From NCBI GenBank assembly GCA_016707605.1, contig JADJHJ010000010.1:176556-240555 (forward strand): a stretch of DNA of 64,000 nt, in the 5' to 3' direction. Position numbers and translations under genes: made by a program. Numbering within the stretch: the stretch's first letter is position 1; each line of letters starts with the position of its first letter. Shown piece by piece: positions 38,701 to 46,651 of this stretch. The notes under the pieces are model-generated. The model made no database searches. It was given only the letters and a program-made list of their open reading frames with translations, and was not told the DNA's origin. Source of the DNA: Candidatus Promineofilum glycogenicum. GTDB taxonomy: Bacteria > Chloroflexota > Anaerolineae > Promineifilales > Promineifilaceae.

Positions 38701-39593
38701 TGGCCGTTGACCGCCACGGTGTCGATGGCTTTCTGGATCGTCTTGAAGGCGTCGGTCGTGCTCGTGCCGCCGTTGCTATCGCTGCCGGCTGCGTCGTCCA
38801 CGTAGCAGACGGTCGTGCACAGCGGGTTGGGCTCGAAGTTGGCCGAGACGACGTCCGCGCCGAAGGCCACGACGACGTTATCGACGTAGCCCGTGAACGT
38901 GCCCGCCCAGCCGGAGCCGACGCCGGTGTTGACGCCGTAAATGTAGACGGGGCTACTGGTGGTGAAGTCCGGAGCCGCACAGTCGCCGGGCTGGCCGGTC
39001 GGAACGGTGGTCTTCCAGTCGTTGAGCGTGACGCTGAAGTTCTGAATGGTTTTGTTACAGGCAACGCTGTTGGGGCCGCTGACGACACGCATCCAGAAGT
39101 AGTCGGTGAACAGGTTCTCCGCTTGCCAGGCATTGGCCGGCACAGCGCCATAACCGTTATAGATCGGCTCCCAGACCAGATAGCCGGTGTGGTCTTCCGC
39201 GCCCAGCCCCGCTGGAGCGTTGTCCTGCCAGAACATCAGGCGCAGAGCGGCGGCGAGGTGGGCGTCACTCGTGCTGGACGAGTCGCGATAGAAGTCATAC
39301 GACACGTCCGTCAGGCTGCCCAGCGTGCGGGCCGGCACATTCCACGTCTTCTGGAAGTCAGCCTTGCCCGCGTTACCGGGGCTGGTGAATTTGAGCGAGC
39401 CGAGACCGTCGCGCGGATTGTCGGCCGTGATGGCGACCGTACCGCTACCGGCGACATTTTGGGCTGACCAGCCATCAGGGTTGGCTGGGGTGACAATGGT
39501 GTTGGCCGCCGCGGCGATCTGTGGCAGGGCCAACGCCAGCAGCAACGCCGCCAGTAGGGCGACGAAGCCGAGAGTGCGAATGCGAGGGTTCAT
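35739..39593 (-). CDS. Large secreted right-handed parallel beta-helix (pectate-lyase-fold) repeat protein, 1284 aa
   Basis: Signal peptide MNPRIRTLGFVALLAALLLALALPQIAAA. Many 'N.TI.GN.I.G' beta-helix rungs (NNTITGTGASAGLGVWG..., IQGNTITGTANAITLY). The C-terminus carries 'CSPLTTTP'. Confidence 0.8.
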   Translation of the reverse strand: MNPRIRTLGFVALLAALLLALALPQIAAAANTIVTPANPDGWSAQNVAGSGTVAITADNPRDGLGSLKFTSPGNAGKADFQKTWNVPARTLGSLTDVSYDFYRDSSSTSDAHLAAALRLMFWQDNAPAGLGAEDHTGYLVWEPIYNGYGAVPANAWQAENLFTDYFWMRVVSGPNSVACNKTIQNFSVTLNDWKTTVPTGQPGDCAAPDFTTSSPVYIYGVNTGVGSGWAGTFTGYVDNVVVAFGADVVSANFEPNPLCTTVCYVDDAAGSDSNGGTSTTDAFKTIQKAIDTVAVNGQVRVLPGSYDETATNRFVLGTNGPHQFGLFIAKNGITIQGVTAADVAITNPNATQADITTNATNNFGHSGIFVEGDNVTIAGLEIGPNTPGENKTIEIIGDAFTLKDSLLTGDGIDGAYPYFNDWRYDAGTDTAYLKSYTVDNNVFGAGSQIAISSGAGASGPVAGRQITDNEFTMGTGQNWPSISFNGEDTTVPWYTYPVGGAVITGNTFTNTAVGGLHIRARGVPDDSEFDWESYWDDNTYNKAVIVGPNLFDDVRAYTYTTSYTFNNVRQIGADIQPEIDHGVNGDTVLVNEGTYPESPTINKSLTVVSDDGRNVTFIALQTNTNYTHSLLISGADVTLDGFTVVGIDAACPTLAATNIYLTSAPDDVVIKNNRIQVGAVGGCSTGDDGFGLITEYTANPDVATLTVEDNIFEPLTAAGGQRAFYINPSVVDFVFRGNAINGLFNGTAITQAQENLIENNTITGTGASAGLGVWGEPDPTVWGHATIQGNTITGTANAITLYEAQQVTVTKNILNANGRGVRVLTVTPLPFDKSTIHINRNAITNNTTEGISNLLAEAGDIDGTCNWWNSASGPGPVGPGSGDKVSAKVDFTPWLYTSDLDGPCYQGGTITIDKVAPGGGATQFTFDVSWSNSHVTLTDAAAPYVTTPPLQAGQYTIDEINMPTGWSLANVSCVKQTSAPLTNVPVDHDATITVADGDAWVCTFTNSYTPPPTNTCPVAATTHQWTDLLGIGMGSTKAHKVQAKLTIPNSTNLVELYGQLVAKNTGLSKYVRFIQPGKNNYVQVDTITSPADNINGNFWYGADLPVTAATKSVTGKWWLQKSGTKGHLPRAFILYPTYNDAAHTYVNVWNTFDAAEGEVYWDVAQGWTPYREIVVPIAAPLGPETFHIELALVDNDKDARPVWVTVTAGNVTQTVKPTNPSNGDLLNLLVFDLVNVPAGTDEIVIEVYSPAPYAETGVGALGGDSATLVGLAANYQCSPLTTTP

Positions 39594-39971
39594 GAGATTA
39601 TATCCTCCCCAAACTGGGAACTAAGTCGGCCGAGGTCAATGCCGCGGCCACCCACGGGCGAATGCCCTGGGCCTGGCATAAGTTGACAAGCCGTACCCTA
39701 AAGTCACCGCCGCCGGCGACGGTACGTCAGTTACCTCGATACACGAAAAGAAAAGCTGTATCTGGCCAACGCTAGTACTGGTGAACTAGATTGGCCTCCC
39801 ATCTTGCCTATTCGATACGATAAGCAATACCTCCAGAAGCCATCTCCCCCCTGTAGGAAATGGGGGACTCTCTTTGGGGAAATAGTCCCACTTGGATACA
39901 TCCTAAACGCTTTGTCGATAACTAAGTAGTGACAAATGGCACTGAATTCTAGTGACATTTGTCATCTCACA
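39594..39971. promoter_or_regulatory. 378-bp comparatively AT-rich leader/promoter region of the beta-helix gene, containing TGACA-tt-TGTCA at 39953-39964
   Basis: No ORF. GC is markedly lower than the flanking sequence. Perfect 5-bp inverted repeat with a 2-nt spacer, plus the related direct repeat tagtgacaaatg at 39927-39938. Confidence 0.3.
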
Positions 39972-40631
39972 TTATTTCCACCCCTCTTCGCCAATGAGCG
40001 GCACAAAAGCGACCGGCGCCAGGCGCTCTTCGTCGTAGCCGCCGTCGGGGCGACGGGTGACGAGGACGAGGTGTTGCTGCTGCCGGCTGCGGCCGACGGG
40101 CATGACCAGCCGCCCGCCCGGCGCGAGTTGGGCGCGCAGGGAGCCGGGCACGAGCGGGCCGCCGGCGGCGACGATGATGGCGTCATAGGGGGCGTGCTCG
40201 GGCCAGCCGCGCGTGCCGTCGCCGTGGTGGACGCGCACGTTGTCGTAGCCCAGGGCGGCCAGCCGCTCGCGGGCGTAATCGGCCAACTCGGCGTGGCGCT
40301 CCACGGTGTAGACTGCGGCGACGATGCGACTCAGTACCGCGGCGGCGTAGCCCGACCCGGCGCCGATCTCCAGCACGCGGTCACCCGGCCGCAGGGCCAG
40401 GGCGGCGATCATGGTGGCGACGACGTAGGGCTGCGAGATGGTCTGGTTGGCGGGGATGGGCAAGGGGCCGTCGTCGTAGGCGTAGGGGCGGGCGGCGCGG
40501 GGGACAAAGCGCTCGCGCGGGACGAGGCGCATGGCCCGCAGCACGGCCGGGTCGTCGATGTCCCGCCCGGCCAACTGCTCGGCCACCATCCGCGCCCGTG
40601 CCGCGTCGTAGTCGCGCTCGTCCTCTTCCAT
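39972..40631 (-). CDS. pcm: Protein-L-isoaspartate O-methyltransferase
   Basis: ...TISQPYVVATMIAAL...GDRVLEIGAGSGYAAAVLS...VYTVERH... are the classic PIMT motifs. Confidence 0.9.
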   Translation of the reverse strand: MEEDERDYDAARARMVAEQLAGRDIDDPAVLRAMRLVPRERFVPRAARPYAYDDGPLPIPANQTISQPYVVATMIAALALRPGDRVLEIGAGSGYAAAVLSRIVAAVYTVERHAELADYARERLAALGYDNVRVHHGDGTRGWPEHAPYDAIIVAAGGPLVPGSLRAQLAPGGRLVMPVGRSRQQQHLVLVTRRPDGGYDEERLAPVAFVPLIGEEGWK

Positions 40632-40734
40632 AATGAGAGATTCTCACGCAAAGACGCAAAGTACGCAAAGCTCAGAATCATTCTGAGCTTGGCGTACTTT
40701 GCGTACTTTGCGTCTTTGCATGAGAATCCCTTCC
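40632..40734. repeat. 'gcaaag' family palindromic element
   Basis: ctcacgcaaagacgcaaagtacgcaaagctcagaatcattctgagcttggcgtactttgcgtactttgcgtctttgcatgag. Confidence 0.8.
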
Positions 40735-41394
40735 ATGACCGGCCTGCTGTGGGAGATTTTCAACATTCTCAAGGAAGTGCTCAACCGCACGATCAAGCTG
40801 CCCGAGTTGCTGCTGACGCTGGTGGGGTTCCGCTCCACGAAGAAGCTGCGGCTGCGAGTGGTTATTCTGCGCGACGAGCGCGGCGTGCCGCTGGCCACCA
40901 ACGAGGAGGCACTGCCGGCCTATGAAGAGGCGCGGCGCATTCTGGCCCGCACGGCCGGGGTGACGGTGGAGCCGGCCGGCTGGCGCGTCGTCACCGCGCC
41001 CCACGGCGCGCCCAAGGCGGCGCTCGACGTGCGCTGCACCGATGGCGCGTGGCAGGACGACTTGGGGCAGGCGGGGGCGTTCTTCCGCGATCTCATGGCC
41101 AAGTCAACCGGCGGGACGCTGGTCGGCTATGGCGCGCCGCTGACGGTCTTTGTCGTGCGCAGCATGAGCACCCACAACGGCTGTTCGCTCGGCCCGGCGG
41201 CCGACTACGTGACCGTGGAGGCCAAGACGCTGCGGGGCACGCGCCGCCTGTTGGCCCACGAAGTGGCCCACGCCTGCGGCCTGTGGCACACCAAGAACCC
41301 GGCCAACCTGATGTTCCCCCGCGGCCCGGGCGAGGAGCTAACTCACATGCAAGCAGCCGTCTTGCGCACATCGCGCCACGTCACGCATTTCTAG
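40735..41394 (+). CDS. Putative small zinc metallopeptidase with HExxHxxGxxH (metzincin-like) motif
   Basis: HEVAHACGLWH at the C-terminal third, with no obvious signal peptide. Start ATG 40735 is preferred because the listed TTG start lies inside the repeat. Confidence 0.45.
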   Translation: MTGLLWEIFNILKEVLNRTIKLPELLLTLVGFRSTKKLRLRVVILRDERGVPLATNEEALPAYEEARRILARTAGVTVEPAGWRVVTAPHGAPKAALDVRCTDGAWQDDLGQAGAFFRDLMAKSTGGTLVGYGAPLTVFVVRSMSTHNGCSLGPAADYVTVEAKTLRGTRRLLAHEVAHACGLWHTKNPANLMFPRGPGEELTHMQAAVLRTSRHVTHF

Positions 41395-41500
41395 TGATTA
41401 GTGGTTAGTGACTAGTGACTAGTCCCTAACCACTAACCACTAATCCCTAATCCCTAATCCCTAATCCCTAATCCCTAATCCAATCCTGCCCTATGCTCCA
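41395..41500. repeat. Palindromic element with (TAATCCC)x6 heptamer tandem array
   Basis: gtgattagtggttagtgactagtgactagtccctaaccactaaccactaatccctaatccctaatccctaatccctaatccctaatcc; related gggatta/taatccc arms at 43715, 49745 and 58625. Confidence 0.7.
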
Positions 41501-41521
41501 CGCCCCCTCCAATCTGTACTT

Positions 41522-42334
41522 GTGCGGCGGCCGGACGAGGCGTTCGGTGCGGCCGACCCGGCGCGCTGGCACTACGCCGATCAACCCTATCTGCCTCTAG
41601 CTCAGCAGGAGCACGACGCCCTGGTCAACACCCTGCTGGGCGCGGGGGTGGAGGTCGTCTACCACGACGCGCCCTTGCCCGACCACGCCGACGCCATCTT
41701 CGTCCACGACCCGGCCCTGCTGACCGAGGGCGGGGCGATCATCCTGCGCATGGGCAAGGCGCTGCGGCACGGGGAGGAGGCGGCGCTGGCCCTGTCGCTG
41801 CGGCGGCTGGGCGTGCCCATCCTCTACGAACTGCACGGCGCGGCCACGGCCGAGGGGGGCGACCTGCTGTGGCTCGACGAGCGGACGCTGGCCGTCGGCC
41901 TGGGCTTCCGCACCAACGCCGCCGGCTTCGACCAGTTGGGCGAGGCGCTGGCCGGGCTGGGCGTGGCCCTTGTGCCCGTGCAACTGCCCTACTTCGAGGG
42001 GCCGGACGCCTGTCTGCACCTGATGTCGCTCATCAGTCTGGTGGATCGTGACCTGGCCGTGGTCTACCGGCCGCTGCTGCCCGTGCCGTTCTACCAGTTG
42101 CTCGAAGCGCGCGGCGTGGCCCTCATCGACGTGTCGGATGAGGAGTTCGCCACCATGGGCACGAACGTGCTGGCCCTGGCCCCGCGCCGCTGCCTGCTGC
42201 TGGAGCACAACCACGCCACGCGCCGGGCGCTGCTGGCCGCCGGCTGCGAGGTGATGACCTATCGCGGCGACGAGCTGTCGCTGAAGGCCGAGGGTGGGGC
42301 GACGTGTCTGACGCGGGCGCTATCTAGGGATTAG
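41522..42334 (+). CDS. Dimethylarginine dimethylaminohydrolase / amidinotransferase-superfamily protein
   Basis: C-terminal catalytic 'GGATCLTRAL' (GGxxC) and central '...EGGDLLWL...' region typical of the DDAH/ADI fold. Confidence 0.65.
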   Translation: MRRPDEAFGAADPARWHYADQPYLPLAQQEHDALVNTLLGAGVEVVYHDAPLPDHADAIFVHDPALLTEGGAIILRMGKALRHGEEAALALSLRRLGVPILYELHGAATAEGGDLLWLDERTLAVGLGFRTNAAGFDQLGEALAGLGVALVPVQLPYFEGPDACLHLMSLISLVDRDLAVVYRPLLPVPFYQLLEARGVALIDVSDEEFATMGTNVLALAPRRCLLLEHNHATRRALLAAGCEVMTYRGDELSLKAEGGATCLTRALSRD

Positions 42335-42470
42335 GGGAATAGCTCACGCCAAGGCGCGAAGAAGCCAAGACGCAAGAGATGTCACGCAAAGACGCAAAGA
42401 ACGCCAAGCCAAAGAGAGCTCTTTTGCGCCTTCTTGCGCCTTGGCGTGAGCTTCTTCCCAACAGGAGGAA
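42335..42470. repeat. 'gcaaag' family palindromic element
   Basis: gctcacgccaaggcgcgaagaagccaagacgcaagagatgtcacgcaaagacgcaaagaacgccaagcc...cttggcgtgagc. Confidence 0.75.
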
Positions 42471-42473
42471 CCT

Positions 42474-43732
42474 ATGCCGCGCATCCGAGAACTGGGCATC
42501 TACCAGAGCGCGCTGCCAACGGGGGCGCGCAACGCGATCAGCGACGTGGCCGGGGTGGCGGTCGGCCACTTCACGCTGGTGGCCGGGGAAGGGACGCCCG
42601 ACCCCGATTGGCAGCCCGGCCACGGCCCCTACCGCACCGGGGTGACGCTCATCCTGCCCCACGGCGGCAACCCCTACGCCGAGCCGGTCGTCGCTGCCGT
42701 CCACACCATCAACGGCTTCGGCAAGCCCATCGGCTTCGAGCAAGTGCGTGAGCTGGGGCTGCTGGAGACGCCCATCGCCCTGACCGGCACGCTCAACGGG
42801 CCGCGCGTGGCCGACGCGCTCATCACCCTGGCCATCGAGCAGAATCCCCACATCGGCGTCGGCTTCGCCGCCAGCGGCTGGCGCGGCTTCGCCAGCGTCA
42901 ACCCGCTGGTGGGTGAGACCAACGACGGCTATCTGAGCGACTTGCAGGGGCGGCCGATTGGCCTGGCCGAGGTGCGCGCCGCGCTGGTCGCGGCTTCGGC
43001 CGACGTGGTCGAAGGCGCGGTCGGCGCGGGCACGGGCACGAGCTGCTACGGCTGGAAGGGGGGCATCGGCACGGCCTCGCGGATACTTGAAGAAGGTTCC
43101 AGGGGCCAGGTTCCAGGGGCCAGGGAAGAACGCTCTTCCCTGGCCCCTGGCCCCTGGAACCTGGTCCCTCTCTGCCCGGCTATACCGTCGGCGCGCTGGT
43201 GCAGACGAACATGGGCCGGGCGGAGGAGTTGACGATCGGTGGCGTGCCGGTGGGGCGGCGACTGGAAGAAGGGGCCAGGGGCCAGGTTCCAGGTTCCAGG
43301 GAAGAGCGTTCTTCCCCTGGCCCCTGGCCCCTGGAACCTGGCCCCTCTCTTCCCGGCGGCTCCATCATGATCGTCCTGGCCACTGACGCCCCGCTCGACA
43401 GCCGCGGGCTGGGGCGACTGGCGGCGCGGGCGGTGTTCGGCTTGGCGCGCACGGGCACGCCCGGCCACGGCGGCAGCGGCGACTTCGTGATCGCCTTCTC
43501 GACGGCCACGAGAAACCGAGTTTCTTCTGAGAAACTCGGTTTCTACGAAACGCTCCACGAGCAGCCGCTCATGGACCTCTTCGCCCTGGCCGTAGTCGAG
43601 TGCGTCGAGGAAGCGATCTACAACAGCCTGCTCATGGCCCATACGACCATCGGCCGCCACGGCCACGTGCGCCATGCGCTGCCGGCGGATGAGGTGGCGC
43701 GCCTCGTCCAGGGATTAGGGATTAGGGATTAG
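42474..43732 (+). CDS. DmpA/peptidase-S58-family L-aminopeptidase with three in-frame palindromic-element insertions; a frame break sits inside the first element (homopolymer, 43138-43140)
   Basis: ...GAGTGTSCYGWKGGIGTASRIL [element 1, 43089-43172] PGYTVGALVQTNMGRAEELTIGGVPVGRRL [element 2, 43265-43352, in frame: EEGARGQVPGSREERSSPGPWPLEPGPSLP] GGSIMIVLATDAP...GDFVIAFSTA [element 3, 43505-43545, in frame: TRNRVSSEKLGFYETL] HEQPLMDLFALAVVE... Element 1 has 'ttccctgg' where element 2 has 'ttcccctgg'; adding one C restores one continuous ORF. Confidence 0.6.
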
Positions 43733-43795
43733 GGGAAGAGCGCTCTTCCCCTAATCCCTAGCCCCTAGCCCCTATTCTTAGCAACTTTTTACACA
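43700..43795. repeat. 'gggatta' family palindromic element
   Basis: gggattagggattagggattaggggaagagcgctcttcccctaatccctagcccctagccccta. Confidence 0.75.
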
Positions 43796-43816
43796 CCGCG
43801 TCGTATACTTCACGAC

Positions 43817-44158
43817 ATGAGATGGGTTCTGCGTTCCAAGATTCACAAGGCGACGGTGACTGATGCCAACGTCGCTTACGTCGGTAGCATCACGATAGAC
43901 GAGGAGTTGATTGAGCGGGTCGGCCTGTGGCCGGGGGAGAAGGTGCTGGTGGTCAGCAACACCAGCGGCGCGCGGCTGGAGACGTATGTCATCGCCGGCG
44001 AGCGCGGGTCGGGCGTCATCAACATGAACGGCGCGGCGGCGCACTTGATCAAACGGGGCGAGGAGATTATTATCATCGGCTTCGAGTTGGCCGACAGGCC
44101 GATTGAGGCGCGGCAGATATTAGTGGATACGGACAACCGCTTCGTTCGGGAACTCTGA
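43817..44158 (+). CDS. panD: Aspartate 1-decarboxylase
   Basis: MRWVLRSKIHKATVTDANVAYVGSITIDEEL...VINMNGAAAHLIKRGEEIIIIGF aligns with PanD, including the Gly-Ser processing site. Confidence 0.9.
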   Translation: MRWVLRSKIHKATVTDANVAYVGSITIDEELIERVGLWPGEKVLVVSNTSGARLETYVIAGERGSGVINMNGAAAHLIKRGEEIIIIGFELADRPIEARQILVDTDNRFVREL

Positions 44159-44159
44159 C

Positions 44160-44245
44160 GCAGAAAGCAACCACAGATGACACAGATTTCACAGATTTCG
44201 CTCCAAAAAATCTGTGTCATCTGTGAAATCTGTGGTTACTTCTTC
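44160..44245. repeat. 'cagatt' family palindromic element
   Basis: ccacagatgacacagatttcacagatttcgctccaaaaaatctgtgtcatctgtgaaatctgtgg. Confidence 0.8.
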
Positions 44246-44273
44246 TATGAGGTCTGAAGAAAAGGAAATCGCC

Positions 44274-44948
44274 ATGACGCAATCGACAGAACTGAGTAGC
44301 CGCGAATGGGAAGTCGTCAACCAATTGCTGGAAGGGAAAAGCAATAAGGAAATCGCTGCCGCGCTGCACATTTCCGTGCGCACCGTCGAATTCCATCTGA
44401 AAAACGTCTATGACAAGCTCCAGGTAAGCTCCAGGACGGAATTGATCCTAAAACTAGGGCAATCCACAGTTGTGGACCGGGAGGAAGTTGCCCAGAATGG
44501 CGATACGTCCGATTCAGAGCCGTTGGCTAAATCTTGGAAACAGGCAGTTTCCGGAATCGGCAAGGAGCTTGGCATGCAAGAGTTTGTGACTGAGAGTGCC
44601 CGCAAGGGCGGCGAAACGGTGACGTTCTTTGAATCGATTGTTTTGTGTCTCTCGAAATACGCGCAGTTTGACGGCCGCGCGTCGCGGTCGGAGTTCTGGT
44701 GGTTTGCGCTGTTCGTCGTCCTCGTCACCGGGGCATTGACGTACCTGAGCGAAGCCGTGGCCAGCGTGTTCCTGATCGCCGTGTTGTTGCCGCTGCTAGC
44801 GGCCGGGGCGCGCCGTCTCCAAGACGCCGGCCGAAGCCCCTGGTACCAACTATACCTGCTGGTCCCGGTGGGCGGGATCGTGATCATGGGTTTCCTGTGG
44901 GCGGAGCCGCCGGTGGATTCTCTGCCTGAGAAGACGCTCTCGGTGTGA
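44274..44948 (+). CDS. LuxR-family HTH regulator fused to a DUF805-like membrane domain
   Basis: LSSREWEVVNQLLEGKSNKEIAAALHISVRTVEFHLKNVYDKL is a LuxR/GerE HTH. The C-terminal 'SRSEFWWFALFVVLVTGAL...' region is DUF805-like. ATG 44274 with a GGAAA RBS is preferred because the listed start is in the repeat. Confidence 0.65.
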   Translation: MTQSTELSSREWEVVNQLLEGKSNKEIAAALHISVRTVEFHLKNVYDKLQVSSRTELILKLGQSTVVDREEVAQNGDTSDSEPLAKSWKQAVSGIGKELGMQEFVTESARKGGETVTFFESIVLCLSKYAQFDGRASRSEFWWFALFVVLVTGALTYLSEAVASVFLIAVLLPLLAAGARRLQDAGRSPWYQLYLLVPVGGIVIMGFLWAEPPVDSLPEKTLSV

Positions 44949-45074
44949 TCGTAGGCGTTCTGAATCGGCGCCCGCAATAGCCGCCGCGGCTACCCTGCCT
45001 GAAGGCAGCGACTCGTCCGGGCAACACATCACCGAGGATGCGTTGCCCGGACGAGTCGTTATAATCACCACCCC

Positions 45075-46577
45075 ATGAACGATGCCGCCCCCTACGTCAA
45101 TGCCCGCCGTCTGGTCAAGGTCTTCCCCACCCCCGCGGGCGACTTCACGGCGCTGAAGGGCATTGACTTGCAGGCTAATCGCGGCGAGTTTGTGGCCGTC
45201 ATCGGCAAGTCGGGCAGCGGCAAATCCACCCTCATCAACCTCATCACCGGCATCGACCGGCCGACCGGCGGCGAAATCCACATCGGCGGCGAGCCGCTGC
45301 ACACCTTCGACGAGGAGCGGCTGGCGGCCTGGCGCGGGCGCAACCTGGGCATCGTCTTCCAGTTCTTCCAACTCCTGCCGACGCTGACGCTGGTCGAGAA
45401 CGTCATGCTGCCGATGGAGATCAACCGCCTCTACGCCCCGGCCGAGCGGCGCGAGCGGGCCATGGGCCTGCTGCAACAGGTGGCGATGGACGAGCAGGCG
45501 CGCAAGCTGCCCTCGGCCGTCTCCGGCGGCCAGCAGCAGCGGGTGGCCATCGCCCGTGCCCTGGCCAACGACCCCGGCCTGATCGTCGCCGACGAGCCGA
45601 CAGGCAACCTCGACAGCCGCACGGCGGAGAGCATCTTCGCCCTCTTCCAACGGCTGGCGGCCGCGGGCAAGACGATCCTCATGGTCACCCACGACGAGGC
45701 CCGCGCCGCGCGCACCGACCGGGCGATCATGATCGCCGACGGCGCGGTGGTCAACGAGCACGTGACGCGGGCGCTGGCGGCGCTGAACTACGACCAGTTG
45801 GCCGAGGTGCAGCGCCACGTGGCGGCTACGAGCTATGCGCCGGGCAACGTCGTCGTGCGCCAGGGGGAGCCGGGCGAGCAGTTCTTCGTCATCACCGGCG
45901 GCCGGGCCGAGGTGTGCGTGCGTCAGCCCGACGGCCGCGACGTGCCCGTCGACCGGCTGGGCGCGGGGCAGTACTTCGGCGAGATGGCCCTGGTGGGGCG
46001 GCAACCGCGGCGGGCGACGGTGCGCGCCGCCGGGGACGAGCCGCTGCGCCTGGTGGCCCTCGACGCGGCCACCTTTGACCGGCTGGTAACCGAGTCGCCG
46101 GCGCTGCGCGACGAGTTGCAGAGCCTCATCAGCCTGCGGCAGATGCAGAGCCAGGTGACGGCGCTGGCCGACCTGGCCCAGACCGACGCTGGGCGCGAGG
46201 CGCTGCGCCGCCTGACCGCCGGCGCGCCGGCGCGCGCCTTCGCCCCCGGCGAGACGATCATCCGCCAGGGGGAGCTGGGCGAGGTGTTCTACTTCATCCT
46301 GGAGGGCGCGGTGGAGGTGTTCGTGCGACGCGGCGAGGACGAGACGCTCATCGACCGCCACGGCCCCGGCGGCCACTTCGGCGAGCTGGCCCTGCTGGGC
46401 GACCGGCGGCGGACGGCGACGGTGCGTGCCGCCCCCCTCGCCCTTGGGGAGAGGGATGGGGTGGGGGCGCGGGTGTTGGAACTGGACGCGGCGGCGTTCG
46501 AGTCGTTGCGGCAGTTGTCGGGGCAGTTCGCGGCCGAAGTAGACAAGGCGGCGGCGGAAAGGGCGTCGCGCTTGTAG
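45075..46577 (+). CDS. ABC transporter ATP-binding protein (MacB/LolD-like NBD) fused to two C-terminal cyclic-nucleotide-binding (cNMP) domains
   Basis: Walker [10 protein letters not shown], signature [15 protein letters not shown] and Walker [13 protein letters not shown]. Two CAP-family cNMP domains follow (...[13 protein letters not shown]...[12 protein letters not shown]...RRATVRAA and ...[13 protein letters not shown]...[12 protein letters not shown]...RTATVRAA). Confidence 0.8.
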   Translation: MNDAAPYVNARRLVKVFPTPAGDFTALKGIDLQANRGEFVAVIGKSGSGKSTLINLITGIDRPTGGEIHIGGEPLHTFDEERLAAWRGRNLGIVFQFFQLLPTLTLVENVMLPMEINRLYAPAERRERAMGLLQQVAMDEQARKLPSAVSGGQQQRVAIARALANDPGLIVADEPTGNLDSRTAESIFALFQRLAAAGKTILMVTHDEARAARTDRAIMIADGAVVNEHVTRALAALNYDQLAEVQRHVAATSYAPGNVVVRQGEPGEQFFVITGGRAEVCVRQPDGRDVPVDRLGAGQYFGEMALVGRQPRRATVRAAGDEPLRLVALDAATFDRLVTESPALRDELQSLISLRQMQSQVTALADLAQTDAGREALRRLTAGAPARAFAPGETIIRQGELGEVFYFILEGAVEVFVRRGEDETLIDRHGPGGHFGELALLGDRRRTATVRAAPLALGERDGVGARVLELDAAAFESLRQLSGQFAAEVDKAAAERASRL

Positions 46578-46651
46578 GGCGGGTTGGTAACCCGCTGTGG
46601 GGACGCAGGGAAGACACAGGTTAAGAAACCTGTGCCACAAGGGAGGATGAC

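Noticed and set aside
41440-41483. Six tandem copies of the heptamer TAATCCC (complement GGGATTA), superficially telomere-like
   Set aside because: The heptamer is an arm of a palindromic intergenic element whose inverse (GGGATTA)n recurs at 43715, 49745 and 58625. The context is an ordinary bacterial gene-dense chromosome, not a replicon end.
43046-43675. Reverse-strand 209-aa ORF spanning the DmpA elements, and peptide 'words' encoded by elements (EICEICVICG, PGPWNLAPG, KRKERTSRKV)
   Set aside because: These ORFs are created by the palindromic elements reading open on both strands. Their recurrence reflects repeat copies, not a protein family.
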